Part shown: positions 12,118 through 23,054 of the stretch, one piece after another | Position numbering within the stretch: position 1 is the first letter of the stretch | Layout: each line of letters begins with the position of its first letter | Source of the DNA: Podarcis tiliguerta | Taxonomy: Eukaryota | DNA: 64,000 bases | Reading direction: 5' to 3' (one strand) | Assembly: GCA_965153285.1 (NCBI GenBank) | Contig: OZ229110.1 | Notes under the pieces: generated by a model | Told to the model about the DNA's origin: nothing | What the model saw: only the letters and a program-made list of their open reading frames with translations | Database searches by the model: none | Translations under genes and position numbers: made by a program

Positions 12118-15100
12118 GTAGGAAATCTACAGGTGTACTTTCAAAAAGTTTTGGATAGTTTGTTTTTAGGAATTGAAGTCCAGTAACATCTGAAGCGACA
12201 CCGGTTCCCCACCCCCTGCCTTAGAACAAGCCTGTAAAATAGAACAGCATAGTAATCCCACATCTTTCATTCAGCCCCAAGGGTTACATGTACCGGCATA
12301 TGCGAAAATTGTGTGTAGTCAAATGCTTGGAGCTGCCCCACGGCAAGCAGGTGAGGGGGGGGGGGAGAATATCCCCAGTACTCTCAGAGCTGGTGTGCTG
12401 AGGGGGCCTTGCCCAGCAAGCCAGGTGGAACACTTAAAAGTTCTCTTTGCAACAGGTCCACTTGGCTTACCCAGCACGAAAAGAGATTTTAAGCACTTGG
12501 CTGTGCTTGTGGGACAATGCCTGGTCAGTGCAATGGTTCTAGAAGGCTAGGGATGCTCCTGCGAGATCTCACTGAGCATCCCATAGCGTGCTGAGCAGGT
12601 GTGGCCCAGCAAGCAAGGTGGAGAGCTTAAGAGCTCTTTTTGCACTCCGTAACTCCAAGCAGACTCAGCATGAAAATAGCTTTTAAGCTCTCTTCCGCCT
12701 TGCTTGGGGACTTGTGCAATTTCAATCAGCCTGCCTTCAACTGCGTATGGCTGAAATTGCACAGGTCAGATGCATGTAAGATGCGGCATTAATGTAGCAT
12801 TACCCCATGTCAGATGGAGAGACTGATGTTTTGTTTGCCTTAAGGCCACCTAGGCAGTACCCAGCCAAGGCAAGATTTGAGCGAGCCTTCCCATCTCCTG
12901 TTGCTAATTACCCTGTTAGTCACTTTGCTGTGCCAAATATCATCATCAGCATTGCGTATAAGTACAATAAATATTTACCAGCATTCCTGCCCACCTGCGG
13001 AGATGTACGTGCCACAGGGCAGCTTCCACATTGATCTGGCAGTTGGGTTGTCTGGAAGGGATTGTTACTTACCTTGGGCAACTACATGGAAGCAGAACCG
13101 CAGCCTAAGGGCAACATATGCCTCATTAACTTAACATATTAAATTAGTTTAGGCCGTGTGTGTGGCACCATTACTAATAATTAAATTTTATGAACATGCA
13201 ACTGAGGGAAAGCAAATTGATAAAGCACCACCTTATTGTCTATAACACAACCACCTAAGTACTCCTAAGTCCATTCTGTCAAAAGGTTTAACTGCGTTGC
13301 TTTTGCATCTTTATGATGTGAATTTTATTGCTGGTTTGTGAGCTACACAGTGCTTGGACTTCTGTAAGAGTTCAAAATACGCGGAGTAAAGGCAAATTCA
13401 TTGGTATGGAAAGTAATCAGCCTAATTAGCATGGTAAGTAATTAGATTAGTTAGTTTCTGATGGTGCAATTGTTCAAAAATATTTAACTGTGTATGGAAT
13501 AAATGTCAGGCAGAGTTATTAATAGTTGCATAGTCTCCAGGAAGCATTAGCAAAAGGTCTTCACAGTCTTGTTTTCCCTAAGGGCCTGAGTTGCATTATT
13601 ATTCCTTTTTGCAGGGTATGGGATATAAATTAATGGGATAAACAGAATTATAGTAGAAAAATATGAAGGAACCATCTTATCCAAAATAATGGTCAATGAA
13701 GTTATAGAAAAGTCTCTTCAGGCACAATTGGCAAAATTCTTCTATTTTTTTAATGCTGCATTCTGGCTTTTTCCCACCCACCACCCCAAGCTGGGAGGTG
13801 TGGGGGAAAGCCCTGTTGTGTAAGTCCTCGTGCAGACTTCCGCTAGCAGGACTCATTAGTTGAATCCTGCCCAAGGAGCAAAAATGATTTAACTAATTCC
13901 TTTTTATTTATAGCCCATCCTTCCCAAGGGGCTCTGGAAAGGTTATTGGAATTCTAGATAGGGCCGGGATTGTGTGCCTTCTTGCAGTAATGGCAGTGGT
14001 GAGACTATCTATCCAGTAGATATTTTTTCCTATCTTTAAAGTATTCAGACAGAACGCATGTTCTCTTAGATCACAGCCACACATAGTAAGGATGAGACGG
14101 AACCTTAAAGATCCTTCTAAATTTCAAAACTTGGGAGACGGAGAGATTCTTTCCATAATGGACAGCTGAATATCCCATATTATGATGTATTTTCTTATGC
14201 AAGGGGTTTAAAAGATTAGTATGGTGCCTAGGCTTGTTACAGAGGATGAGACGGTTCAGGGTTGCTTTGTACATACCATGCTTAACAACCCTGGCAACTC
14301 TGTCACATCAGACATGCATTGGCTCTGAAGAAACACGTTCTAGTTTGGTAGATAGTGTTGTTGGACTCACATTGGCAACAGCATGTTTTGCCAATGTTTT
14401 GCAATGCAGTGACCTTAATAGTACAGTGGAAATAGTTATGATCAAGAATTACTCATGTTTCTAAGGCCCGGAACATGGCTCAGTGAGGAAACTGGGACCT
14501 GTGTTCAAGTTCCACAACTGGAAGGGAAAAGGTAATATCATGTTGCATGATATTACCTTAAGCCTTGCTAGTTTATGGGAGATGATTTCTGAATATTTAA
14601 CGAAATGAGTGCCTAAGGAAGGTCCTAATTCAGGTCATAATGAAAGGGTGTAGGGTGAAACAAGAAGAGTCTGGTCGGGGGGGGGGGGGCGGAGAAATCA
14701 GAGCTTCTGCACCTTTTGTGGAGCAGGGAATTTCCACAGGTTTTAAGGCAACCCATTAGAGAAGCCCTGTCATATTTTGCAGGAAACTAGTGCCACAATG
14801 CCAGTGTCCCTGTGCATTCATCTGAAAAGGGCTTCACTTTCTGCTTGAGTTGATCTGTTACTAAAAAGCCATTGCTATAGTACAGTGGCTTTACTGTACA
14901 CCTCGGAACAAAAGAAGTAACACTTTAACAGCCTGATTCTACACACATTTACTTGGAAATCAGTCCCAGGTTGACAGGGATCACATTAATGGAGTATAAT
15001 TTTCTGCACCTCAATCCTGAACCAGAAGGTTGTATCCAGCACTGCATGAACAGCATTCCACTCATGAAATAAGACGTTTTATTCTTCTCCTGTCTCTGCA

Positions 15101-16255
15101 CAAAATCAGTGCTAGCTGCTACACAACCTCTCTTTGAGGTTGTGCAGTGGACTGCAGAGGAGGGTGGGGAAGTCTGTTGCACTAGTGGGTGATAGTTGCA
15201 CAAATGGAAGAGCAGCATTCTATACAAGCCAGAGTTTCAGCAGTGGCTACCTTAGGGCCTGTCCAAATTTCTGCTTGTGCCTCTGCTTTCCCCCAAGGAA
15301 AACCCATTCTTTACCACTCAACTGGATCAAACGCTGATTGGGTTTTACGCAGGTTGATGCTTGCCTACAATGCAGCAGGTTTCAAATGGAAAACCTTTAG
15401 GACCTGTGCTTTCTATACAGAGAGTAAGCGGAAGCGTAGACGAGTCCTTAGCTGTCTCTCCCCAATCAAAAGCCATTTTTAAAAGGAGGGGGGGTGCAGA
15501 GATGTTGATTAACTTTCAATAAACATTTTCGGCAAAGAAGATTTAAAGGAAATCGGTACTAAATGTACTAGAAACTCAGGATAGTATTGCAAAATAACCT
15601 TTATTTGTTACATAATTTTATTAACCCCATGTTCCACTGAACCGGTCACTGAATCAGTTTATGTAGTTCCATATATGCTGGAAAGCCCTATGCTCAGTAC
15701 AGAACAGCAAGGGGGATGTTACTTATTTTAGCCAGCATTCCATGTGTAGATTATTGCTACATTTCAACATTTTATTGAAGCTTTGCAAAGTTTAGAGCGT
15801 GGTATGTTTTTCATCATCCTTGCTTCTCCTTCATTGTTGTGCTCTGCCCTTTCTTGCAATAACCCCGTCAGTTTCTTCTGCTGGTAAGTTAGGAAAATAT
15901 AGAGACTGGGTTAATGGAACACAGACCGGAAAGAGATCGCATGTAGCTCCCTAGTATAACCCTTTGTGTAAATATGGGGCCACTCACCCTTTAATATTTT
16001 ATCCCCACCCACCACAGTGACATCTGGAATTCAGAACACAGCAGCTTGCACAGCAAATAGCTTTAGATGCCCCAAGACAGTGGGCCTGCCAATTGTGCTG
16101 CAGGAAAATTCCTTCCCTTTCCAAATCCAATGTCCTAATGTCATTCCTAATGACCAGTACACACCTGACAAATCATTTATATTATTGTTACATCCAATTA
16201 ATCAATGACACCACCTGATAATGAATCAAGCCTTTAGTCTATCTAGCTCAGTACT

Positions 16256-16754
16256 TTCAGTAGCACCTTAGAGACCAACTAACTTTGTTATGGGTATGGA
16301 GCTTTCCCATAACAAACTTAGTCTCTAAGGTGCTATTGGCACTGTGGGTTAAACCACAGAGCCTAGGACTTGCCAATCAGAAGGTCGGCGGTTCGAATCC
16401 CCGCGACGGGGTGAGCTCCCGTTGCTCGGTCCCTTCTCCTGCCAACCTAGCAGTTCGAAAGCACGTCAAAGTGCAAGTATATAAATAGGTACCGCTCCGG
16501 TGGGAAGGTAAACGGCGTTTCCGTGCGCTGCTCTGGTCCGCCAGAAGTGGCTTAGTCATGCTGGCCACATGACCTGGAAGCTGTACTCCGGCTCCCTTGG
16601 CCAATAAAGCGAGATGAGCGCCGCAACCCCAGAGTCGGTCACGACTGGACCTAATGGTTAGGGGTCCCTTTACCTTTACCTTTAAGGTGCTATTGGAAGG
16701 AATTTTTTTATTTTGTTTCAGCTACAGCAGACTAACATGGCTACCTGCCTATGA
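16256..16754. mobile_element. Penelope-like element fragment (hosts a Sauria SINE), inserted in an older SINE-like sequence
   Basis: 13-bp direct repeat CTAGCTCAGTACT (16243-16255, 16755-16767). Inverted segments TAGCACCTTAGAGAC...GTCTCTAAGGTGCTA and CAGACTAACATGGCTACC resemble reptile Penelope remnants. Confidence 0.6.
16340..16682 (+). mobile_element. Sauria SINE (slightly 5'-truncated)
   Basis: B-box GGTTCGAATCC, (ACCTTT)n tail, 14-bp TSD TAAGGTGCTATTGG (16326-16339, 16683-16696). Confidence 0.92.
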
Positions 16755-17204
16755 CTAGCTCAGTACTGTCTAAGCTCTGTGCAGTTGCTTTCTAGAATTT
16801 CAGATAGCACTGTTTCTCAACCCTGCTACCTGGGATTTTTATTTTAAACAAGAGATATCAGAAGTACATGGAGTCAGATGCCTGCATGTTCTTTCTTACT
16901 CAAATATTGTCCCTTCCATTTCCTACAATGAGCATTTCTATTTAAAAAATAAAACAAAAGCAAAACATCTGGAACCCATTGTCATGTATACATATTCAAT
17001 ATAGCAATATTAAGAATAACAATAATATGCCCATCTGCTGCTACACCTGCTGTCTCTAGAAGAGCAGAGTTTCTGGGACTCTAACTTGGACCTTCCAAAG
17101 CATTTTTCCAAATGGTTGAATCCACTGCAGTACTATAGTACCATAATTGTTCTATAATTCATTTAAAAGATCTCGTAGAGTGCAGGATGGATCATGGCTT
17201 GAAA

Positions 17205-17242
<38 letters not shown>

Positions 17243-17273
17243 AATTATGTGGATAGAATCAGAGTCAGTCTAC

Positions 17274-17309
<36 letters not shown>

Positions 17310-17310
17310 T
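17205..17310. repeat. (CA)n and (AGT)n microsatellites
   Basis: Directly visible at ~17205-17241 and ~17273-17310. Confidence 0.95.
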
Positions 17311-17319
17311 GTTATATGC

Positions 17320-17880
17320 ATCAGACTGAGTTGCCCCAGCTACTCTGAGCGCCTTCCAACAAATTATAAAACCACAGTAAAGCATTGAGCATTAAAAACT
17401 TCCCCATACAGGGCTGCCTTCAGATGTCTTCTAAACATCAGATAGTTGTTTATTTCCTTGACATCTGACGGGAGGTCGTTCCACAGGGTGGGCACCACTA
17501 CCGAGAATATTGGAGGGGGATTTCCAGCAGGTGGCAGAGGACAGAGTAACTCCAGGAGACATAGGTGTAAAAACCCAAACTAAAACGAAGACTTTATTAC
17601 TAAACAATAAACACAAACTCTGGTGGGTGTTATTCCTGCAGGCAGGCTACAAAACTCAGCTTTTTTCCTTTAGCAACAGCCAGCTGCAGCCAATTAATCC
17701 CAGAAACTTCTTAAAGGTATACAGACATGTTTCGATGCCGAATGTCCCCTAAGAGAGAAGGCCCTCTATCTGGTTCTGTGTAGTTTCCCTTCTCACAGTG
17801 AGGGAACTGTCAGAATGTCCTCAGAGCTAGATCTCAGTGTCTGGGCTGAATGATGGGGGAAAAGATGCTCCTTCAGTTTG
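17320..17880 (-). mobile_element. L2 LINE 3' fragment interrupted by a 247-bp LTR-like insert (17508-17754)
   Basis: Matches the L2 copy at 39260-39570 (GGGCTGCCTTC...CCACTACCGAGAA|GGCCCTCT). The insert is flanked by 5-bp direct repeat GAGAA (17503-17507, 17755-17759). Confidence 0.75.
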
Positions 17881-17982
17881 GTTGATGTGGTTCCTTCACA
17901 GATGCTTTGTGGTAGTATATAATTCTGTGTACATTGGTTATATACCTAGATGCATCAATATGTTTATGCCTCTTTTTCCTAG

Positions 17983-18119
17983 ATATGGTTATATAGAAGA
18001 AAAAATTGTAGTTCCTCGACACACCCCTTATGCGCTCTGTGCAGCAAACCACACTGGGATATACGTACTTTCGTCAAATATATCCGACAAATATGATACA
18101 TATTGCTTCAATTCATCAG
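17983..18119 (+). CDS. CD44: CD44 exon 3 (Link module, C-terminal half)
   Basis: ttcctag|...|gtatg, 137 nt. (R)[45 protein letters not shown] vs human [45 protein letters not shown]. Confidence 0.98.
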
Positions 18120-18949
18120 GTATGTTTGGGTTTGTTCACATGCTTCCTAACAGAGATATTTTGCCGCCACACATGCTATGTCTCAGTTTGTTGAAATAAA
18201 TGTTATAGCTTACAAAGCAGAATATGCAGGAGACATATGCTAAAAACAGATTTTTTTGGCAAGCCTGCATAACTGCTGACACACCAAGTTGAACATATTC
18301 AACCAGTCATCATATATTGCGGCCCAACCCCTCCCCACTTTTTTGCAATTTCCAGCAGGCAACAAAAAAACCAGTATGCAGATCAGAAATGTAGAGGCCT
18401 CCTCATGCATTTGGTGTACGTCTCCACAAAAATTGCTCTAAAAATTGGACCCTACCCACTGCTTAATATATGACTGTGGCAAACCTCAATAAATGGCTCA
18501 GGCCTCAGTGTACAGCTGTCGCCATCATATCATATTTGGCTAATGAAGTCTGGTGGATGTAGGCAACTGGGGCGGGATCTCAGTGTCCTGAGAAATAAAC
18601 ATTTGCATTGCGGTCCACATGGGGCTGATATGTCCTAAGAAGCTGACATGTGGCTGAACAGTGAGAGTCCTCTCCCTCCGTCCCTCCCCACAAAATTAAA
18701 TTTTCGTATGATGCTGGCTTAAAAACCAGGAAAGGTCTAACTACAACATTCCTGAGTGTGTGGGGCAGTTAGGAAGGAGATGATGCTTCTGATACACACA
18801 AACAGTTGCAGGCCATGCAAATTTTGAACTGCTGTCAAGTTTTTAAGGATTTATCGGCTTTACGTTCTAATTATGCATCTCAGCTTCTATTTTTTAACAG
18901 AAACTCACGCTTAGCATGATTACAACCTGCATTTGTATTGGCATTGTTT

Positions 18950-18950
<1 letters not shown>

Positions 18951-18996
<46 letters not shown>

Positions 18997-19090
18997 TTAT
19001 TAATACCCTGCCCATCTGGCTGGGCTTCCCCAGCCACTCTGGGCGGCTTCCAAAAAATATTAAAATACTATAATACATCAAACATTAAAT
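18951..19090 (-). mobile_element. (AAT)n microsatellite plus L2 3' terminus
   Basis: (AAT)n followed by CCCTGCCCATCTGGCTGGGCTTCCCCAGCCACTCTGGGCGGCTT, the same L2 end as at 39260. Confidence 0.75.
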
Positions 19091-19361
19091 ACGTTTTATT
19101 ACTTCTTTGTCAGCTTCTGTGGTAGGAAAAGTGGGATATAAATTTAGTCAGTGAATGAATGAATGAATGAATGTAGTATATATGCCAATTCCAAATTCAA
19201 GACCTTAAACCTACAGGTGTGGAAGACTTACTTTTGTCCATGGGATGGTTGAGTTCTCAGCTGAAACCTGTTGCATAGCCACCGCTTTAGTGTCAGTTCT
19301 CATTTCCTTTGTTGCTTCTAACAAAAATTAACCAGATAATATTTTGCTCTCCCCTTTGTAG

Positions 19362-19433
19362 AATCAAGGGACATAGTTTGTGACCCTGTCATAAAGTTAT
19401 ACTCCATTTGGCCTGATGAAGATAGCAAAATAG
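19362..19433 (+). CDS. CD44: CD44 exon 4
   Basis: ctttgtag|...|gtaaga, 72 nt, phase 1-1. ESRDIVCDPVIKLYSIWPDEDSKI supplies the sixth Cys of the HA-binding domain. Confidence 0.93.
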
Positions 19434-20920
19434 GTAAGAACTGAATTTCCTACATCTTTGTGTTGAGCTATATTTTGCAGGCTCTGAAACAAACCTTTGC
19501 AAACTTTTAATGTGCCCATAAGAAAGCATATTCAGAAAATGTATTTGTATTTTGTATACATTTTAGAATAGAATTAGAGTTTTGTATACATTTTAGAATA
19601 GAATAACCTCCTATAGGTATTTAGTATAATCTAGTACAACTTCATGGTATCATCATCTGCCTGATTTTTAAACTATTTGTTTTCCATTTATCTGCTAGAA
19701 TTAGGCCTTATAAGATCATTCGGAGGTGATAAAAAATCAGCCATATTATTATCAAATTAAATAAGTGAGACCCTGCAGCAAAATTTTGTGTGTATAGGTG
19801 TTTCTGCCCTTTAACCTCTCTCCCACTGATTATTTCTTGGCTTAGAGCCTTTGAAGCACATGCATTAATCTCCATGTTCTTTTTGGTACATTACAAGAAG
19901 CATTTGTGCATCTTCTTCATTGATGGATGTTTATTTTAACACGCACTGCCTGCCTTGGTTGAATCCAGAGCACATTGTCAGACTTGAATAAGTCACTGTA
20001 TTGGATAGTTTATCAAACATACTGATTATCCTGTCAAGGATACAATGAAGTTGATTGTTACAGGCGGCAGACAGTTCTTGAATGTAATATTCACGAGACA
20101 CAATAATTGTTTTAATATATCTAAATAACTATCAAAACTGTCTATCAAAAGCAGTGAAGATTAGAAAGAAATAGTTTCAAGTTGTAGCAAAGCACATTTA
20201 GATTGGCCATTGCACAACGAGCAGAACAACTGGAAAATGAAGGAGCGGGTAACACCTCTTCCCCTGCGATCCTTTAAATGATAATCTGTCATGGATAGTT
20301 CAAGCCTAGCAAATTGTTCTCCAAAGGATTTTTGCTACATACTCCTTCTAACCGATTGGGTTTATGAGTCTCCTTCAAAAAGTAAGCACCATAGGGAAGT
20401 CTGCAGGTGCATGGCCTTCTGTATTGTACTTCGTTGGAAAACATTTTACTATCCTAGCAGCATATGCCATTGCATAGACAGTGCATACCACAATTCAGAG
20501 TACAAAAAAGTTCCCGCAGGGCAGAGTGTGCATGATAACCACAAAATGGCTACGTTTTACGAAGAAGAGATGACTTGTACAATGTGCATCTAACTACTTT
20601 GTACATAAAACATTCTAAAAGTGGTCAGGAGAGTATAACCACTTGTTTTCTTATATGTATGCATATGTGGAAAGGTTTTCCTCTTCATTTGGCAGGATCT
20701 TGACATTAGCCCAGTTTGGGCACAATGCTAACCACAGTTTAGGACTATGCAAACAATCCTTAGGCTTGTACACTCCAGCTTTCTCTCTCCTCCTGTATCA
20801 TGCCCATGAGGAGATTGGAAACACCCATTGCTTCTTTTTAATTAACTGCAGTTTATCATTAAGCCTAAGAAGGATAAACTGTGGTTAGTTTAAACTTAAA
20901 TTGTTTTTTAAAAACAAACC

Positions 20921-21035
20921 AGAATCAAATCATAGTTTATCATCCTGGCTTGTTTAAAAAACCATAGTTTAGTTTAGTTTAGAATCAAATCATAGTTTAT
21001 CATCCTGGCTTGTTTAAAAAACCATAGTTTAGTTT
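20921..21035. repeat. 60-bp tandem duplication inside an inverted-repeat-rich element
   Basis: AGAATCAAATCATAGTTTATCATCCTGGCTTGTTTAAAAAACCATAGTTTAGTTT present twice in tandem. Confidence 0.9.
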
Positions 21036-21285
21036 GAAAGTTCAGAGTTCCCGATTCAGATGTAACAATAAACACTGGTTGCCTCTTCATAGAACAGATG
21101 GGAGTATGTAAGTGTGACACTCACTGCTGCTTAAAACAAGGTTTGAACTTGGCTCTAAGTAGTTGAAGGCACAGGTTCTGTGGTAAGTTACCACATGGGA
21201 GATAGCACTGCAACAGGACAGCTATCTTGCTAGAAATGTACCTCTGTTCAGCTATGTTTAATTCTTTACTTCCTCTTTCCGACAG

Positions 21286-21456
21286 AAATATACAATCCTG
21301 ATGGATCACACTATATTGATGGAGAGAGATTCACAAAACGACCACCCATTACTGATGATGAAAATATTGGCGGCAGTGGTTCTGCAAATGACAGATCAAC
21401 GACAGATCCCAATGTTATCAGTCCGGGTATCTCGTCACGTTTTCCTCATCATACAG
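21286..21456 (+). CDS. CD44: CD44 exon 5
   Basis: ccgacag|...|gtatc, 171 nt. EIYNPDGSHYIDGERFTKRPPITDDENIGGSGSANDRSTTDPNVISPGISSRFPHHT vs human IVNRDGTRY...TDDDVSSGSSSERSST. Confidence 0.95.
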
Positions 21457-21627
21457 GTATCACTGGGATTTACTATTTAAGTCATGATGTGAAAAAGTAG
21501 CAACTATCAACGAGGATAATTTCCTTCTGCCATAAACAAAAGAATATTGTAAATGATTCATCTAACATAGTGCCGATAAATTCTAGAGTAGTGCCCTTGT
21601 TAGTCTATTATAGCAGAAACTAGAGTA

Positions 21628-21885
21628 CAGTGGTACCTCGCAAGACGAATGCCTCGCAAGACGAAAGAGTTTTTTGTTTTTTGAGTTGCTTCACAAGACG
21701 AATTTCCCTATGGGCTTGCTTCGCAAGACGTAAACGTCTTGTGCCTTTTTCTTAAAACCATCAATGCATTCCTATGGGAAACCGTCAATGCATTTCCTAT
21801 GGGAAACCGTGCTTCGCAAGACAAAAAATTCACAAGACGAAAAAACTCGCAGAATGAATTAATATCGTCTTGCGAGGCACCACTG
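21628..21885. mobile_element. pogo/Tigger-like MITE (second family)
   Basis: TIRs CAGTGGTACCTCGCAAGACG / CGTCTTGCGAGGCACCACTG, TA on both sides, internal GCAAGACG repeats. Confidence 0.9.
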
Positions 21886-22008
21886 TACTGCTCCAGTAAT
21901 ATAATGAAACAATGCACAAAGTTGTTCGAAGAATTCATAATGAAAACAGTATGGGTGGTAGGTCACTCATTTATCCATTATGCAACTCATTTATCTATTA
22001 TTACACAG

Positions 22009-22134
22009 ATGATGGTACTTTTACCTCAAAAGAGCCTTTTGCGGGGAAGGATGAAGATGCAACTGATGTTCCAAATACACATGATGGCCACCATGAAGGA
22101 GGACATTCTAAAGACCAGCAGCCCCAAAGTCCTA
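22009..22134 (+). CDS. CD44: CD44 stem exon S1
   Basis: tacacag|...|gtaagt, 126 nt, phase 1-1, open. DGTFTSKEPFAGKDEDATDVPNTHDGHHEGGHSKDQQPQSP. Confidence 0.88.
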
Positions 22135-22988
22135 GTAAGTGTAACAATTGTATTGGGTACATTTTATGTAAACTTTCTTGTGCTTCTGGAAGAGACAAGA
22201 ATGGAAGTCTGATGTGTGGTAGAAATAAGACTGAATAAGGATTAGTTTGCACAATCTTTATGTTGTGTAGTTGTGTACATTGTTGCAGTGGTGAGCTCAC
22301 GATCAGTGTTGCTCTTTGTCCCTAGTGTGACATGTCTGATTGGTCCAGAGGCATGATATGTCTCCCTCAAAAAGGGAGGACTGATCTCATGGTTAGTGTA
22401 TGTATGCTGATCACAAATTTATTCTACTTGTAGTGGTGGACTGTACATGGGCCTGATACCCACTCCATGAAGCAGTGCTATGTAGAATGTACAAGTTTGC
22501 CAAATCTAGCCTCTACAGGTCTGTGTTTAAAGTTGTGATTAATTAAACTATTGCATTAATATCTCCAGTGTGCTATTGTGTCAGATGTCCAAGAGTTCTG
22601 GAAATATGCAATTAGTCTCTTCAGAAAGCTGTCTTCCATTTGTGAAAGGCATTTTTCCTTTTGATACATACTGCATGAGTATGTGGTTTTCAGTTAATTG
22701 AGGCCATACTGGATATCCAACCTCGATAGCGCATTGAAAAGGTGACAGAATGGTGCTTGAGGATCCCTTTTTTCTCAGTTGGACAGTATAGAAAAACTCA
22801 AAAATATTCATTGAAAATCTAAAGGGTAGTTCTCTGGCTATTTGTTTGAATTAGAAGAAGTCTAGATTCATCTGGTCATCTCTCAGGGATGGAGAGAAGC
22901 CTCAGTTTGAGATTCTGTGATCCAGGTTTTCCTGGTAGGAGTTAAAAATGTTGCTTTCATCTTGGAGTTCTTTGTATGCACTTAATTT

Positions 22989-23001
22989 TGTGTCTCATTA
23001 A

Positions 23002-23040
<39 letters not shown>

Positions 23041-23054
23041 TGAGAGAGAGAGAG
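22989..23054. repeat. (TG)n(GA)n microsatellite
   Basis: Directly visible. Confidence 0.95.
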
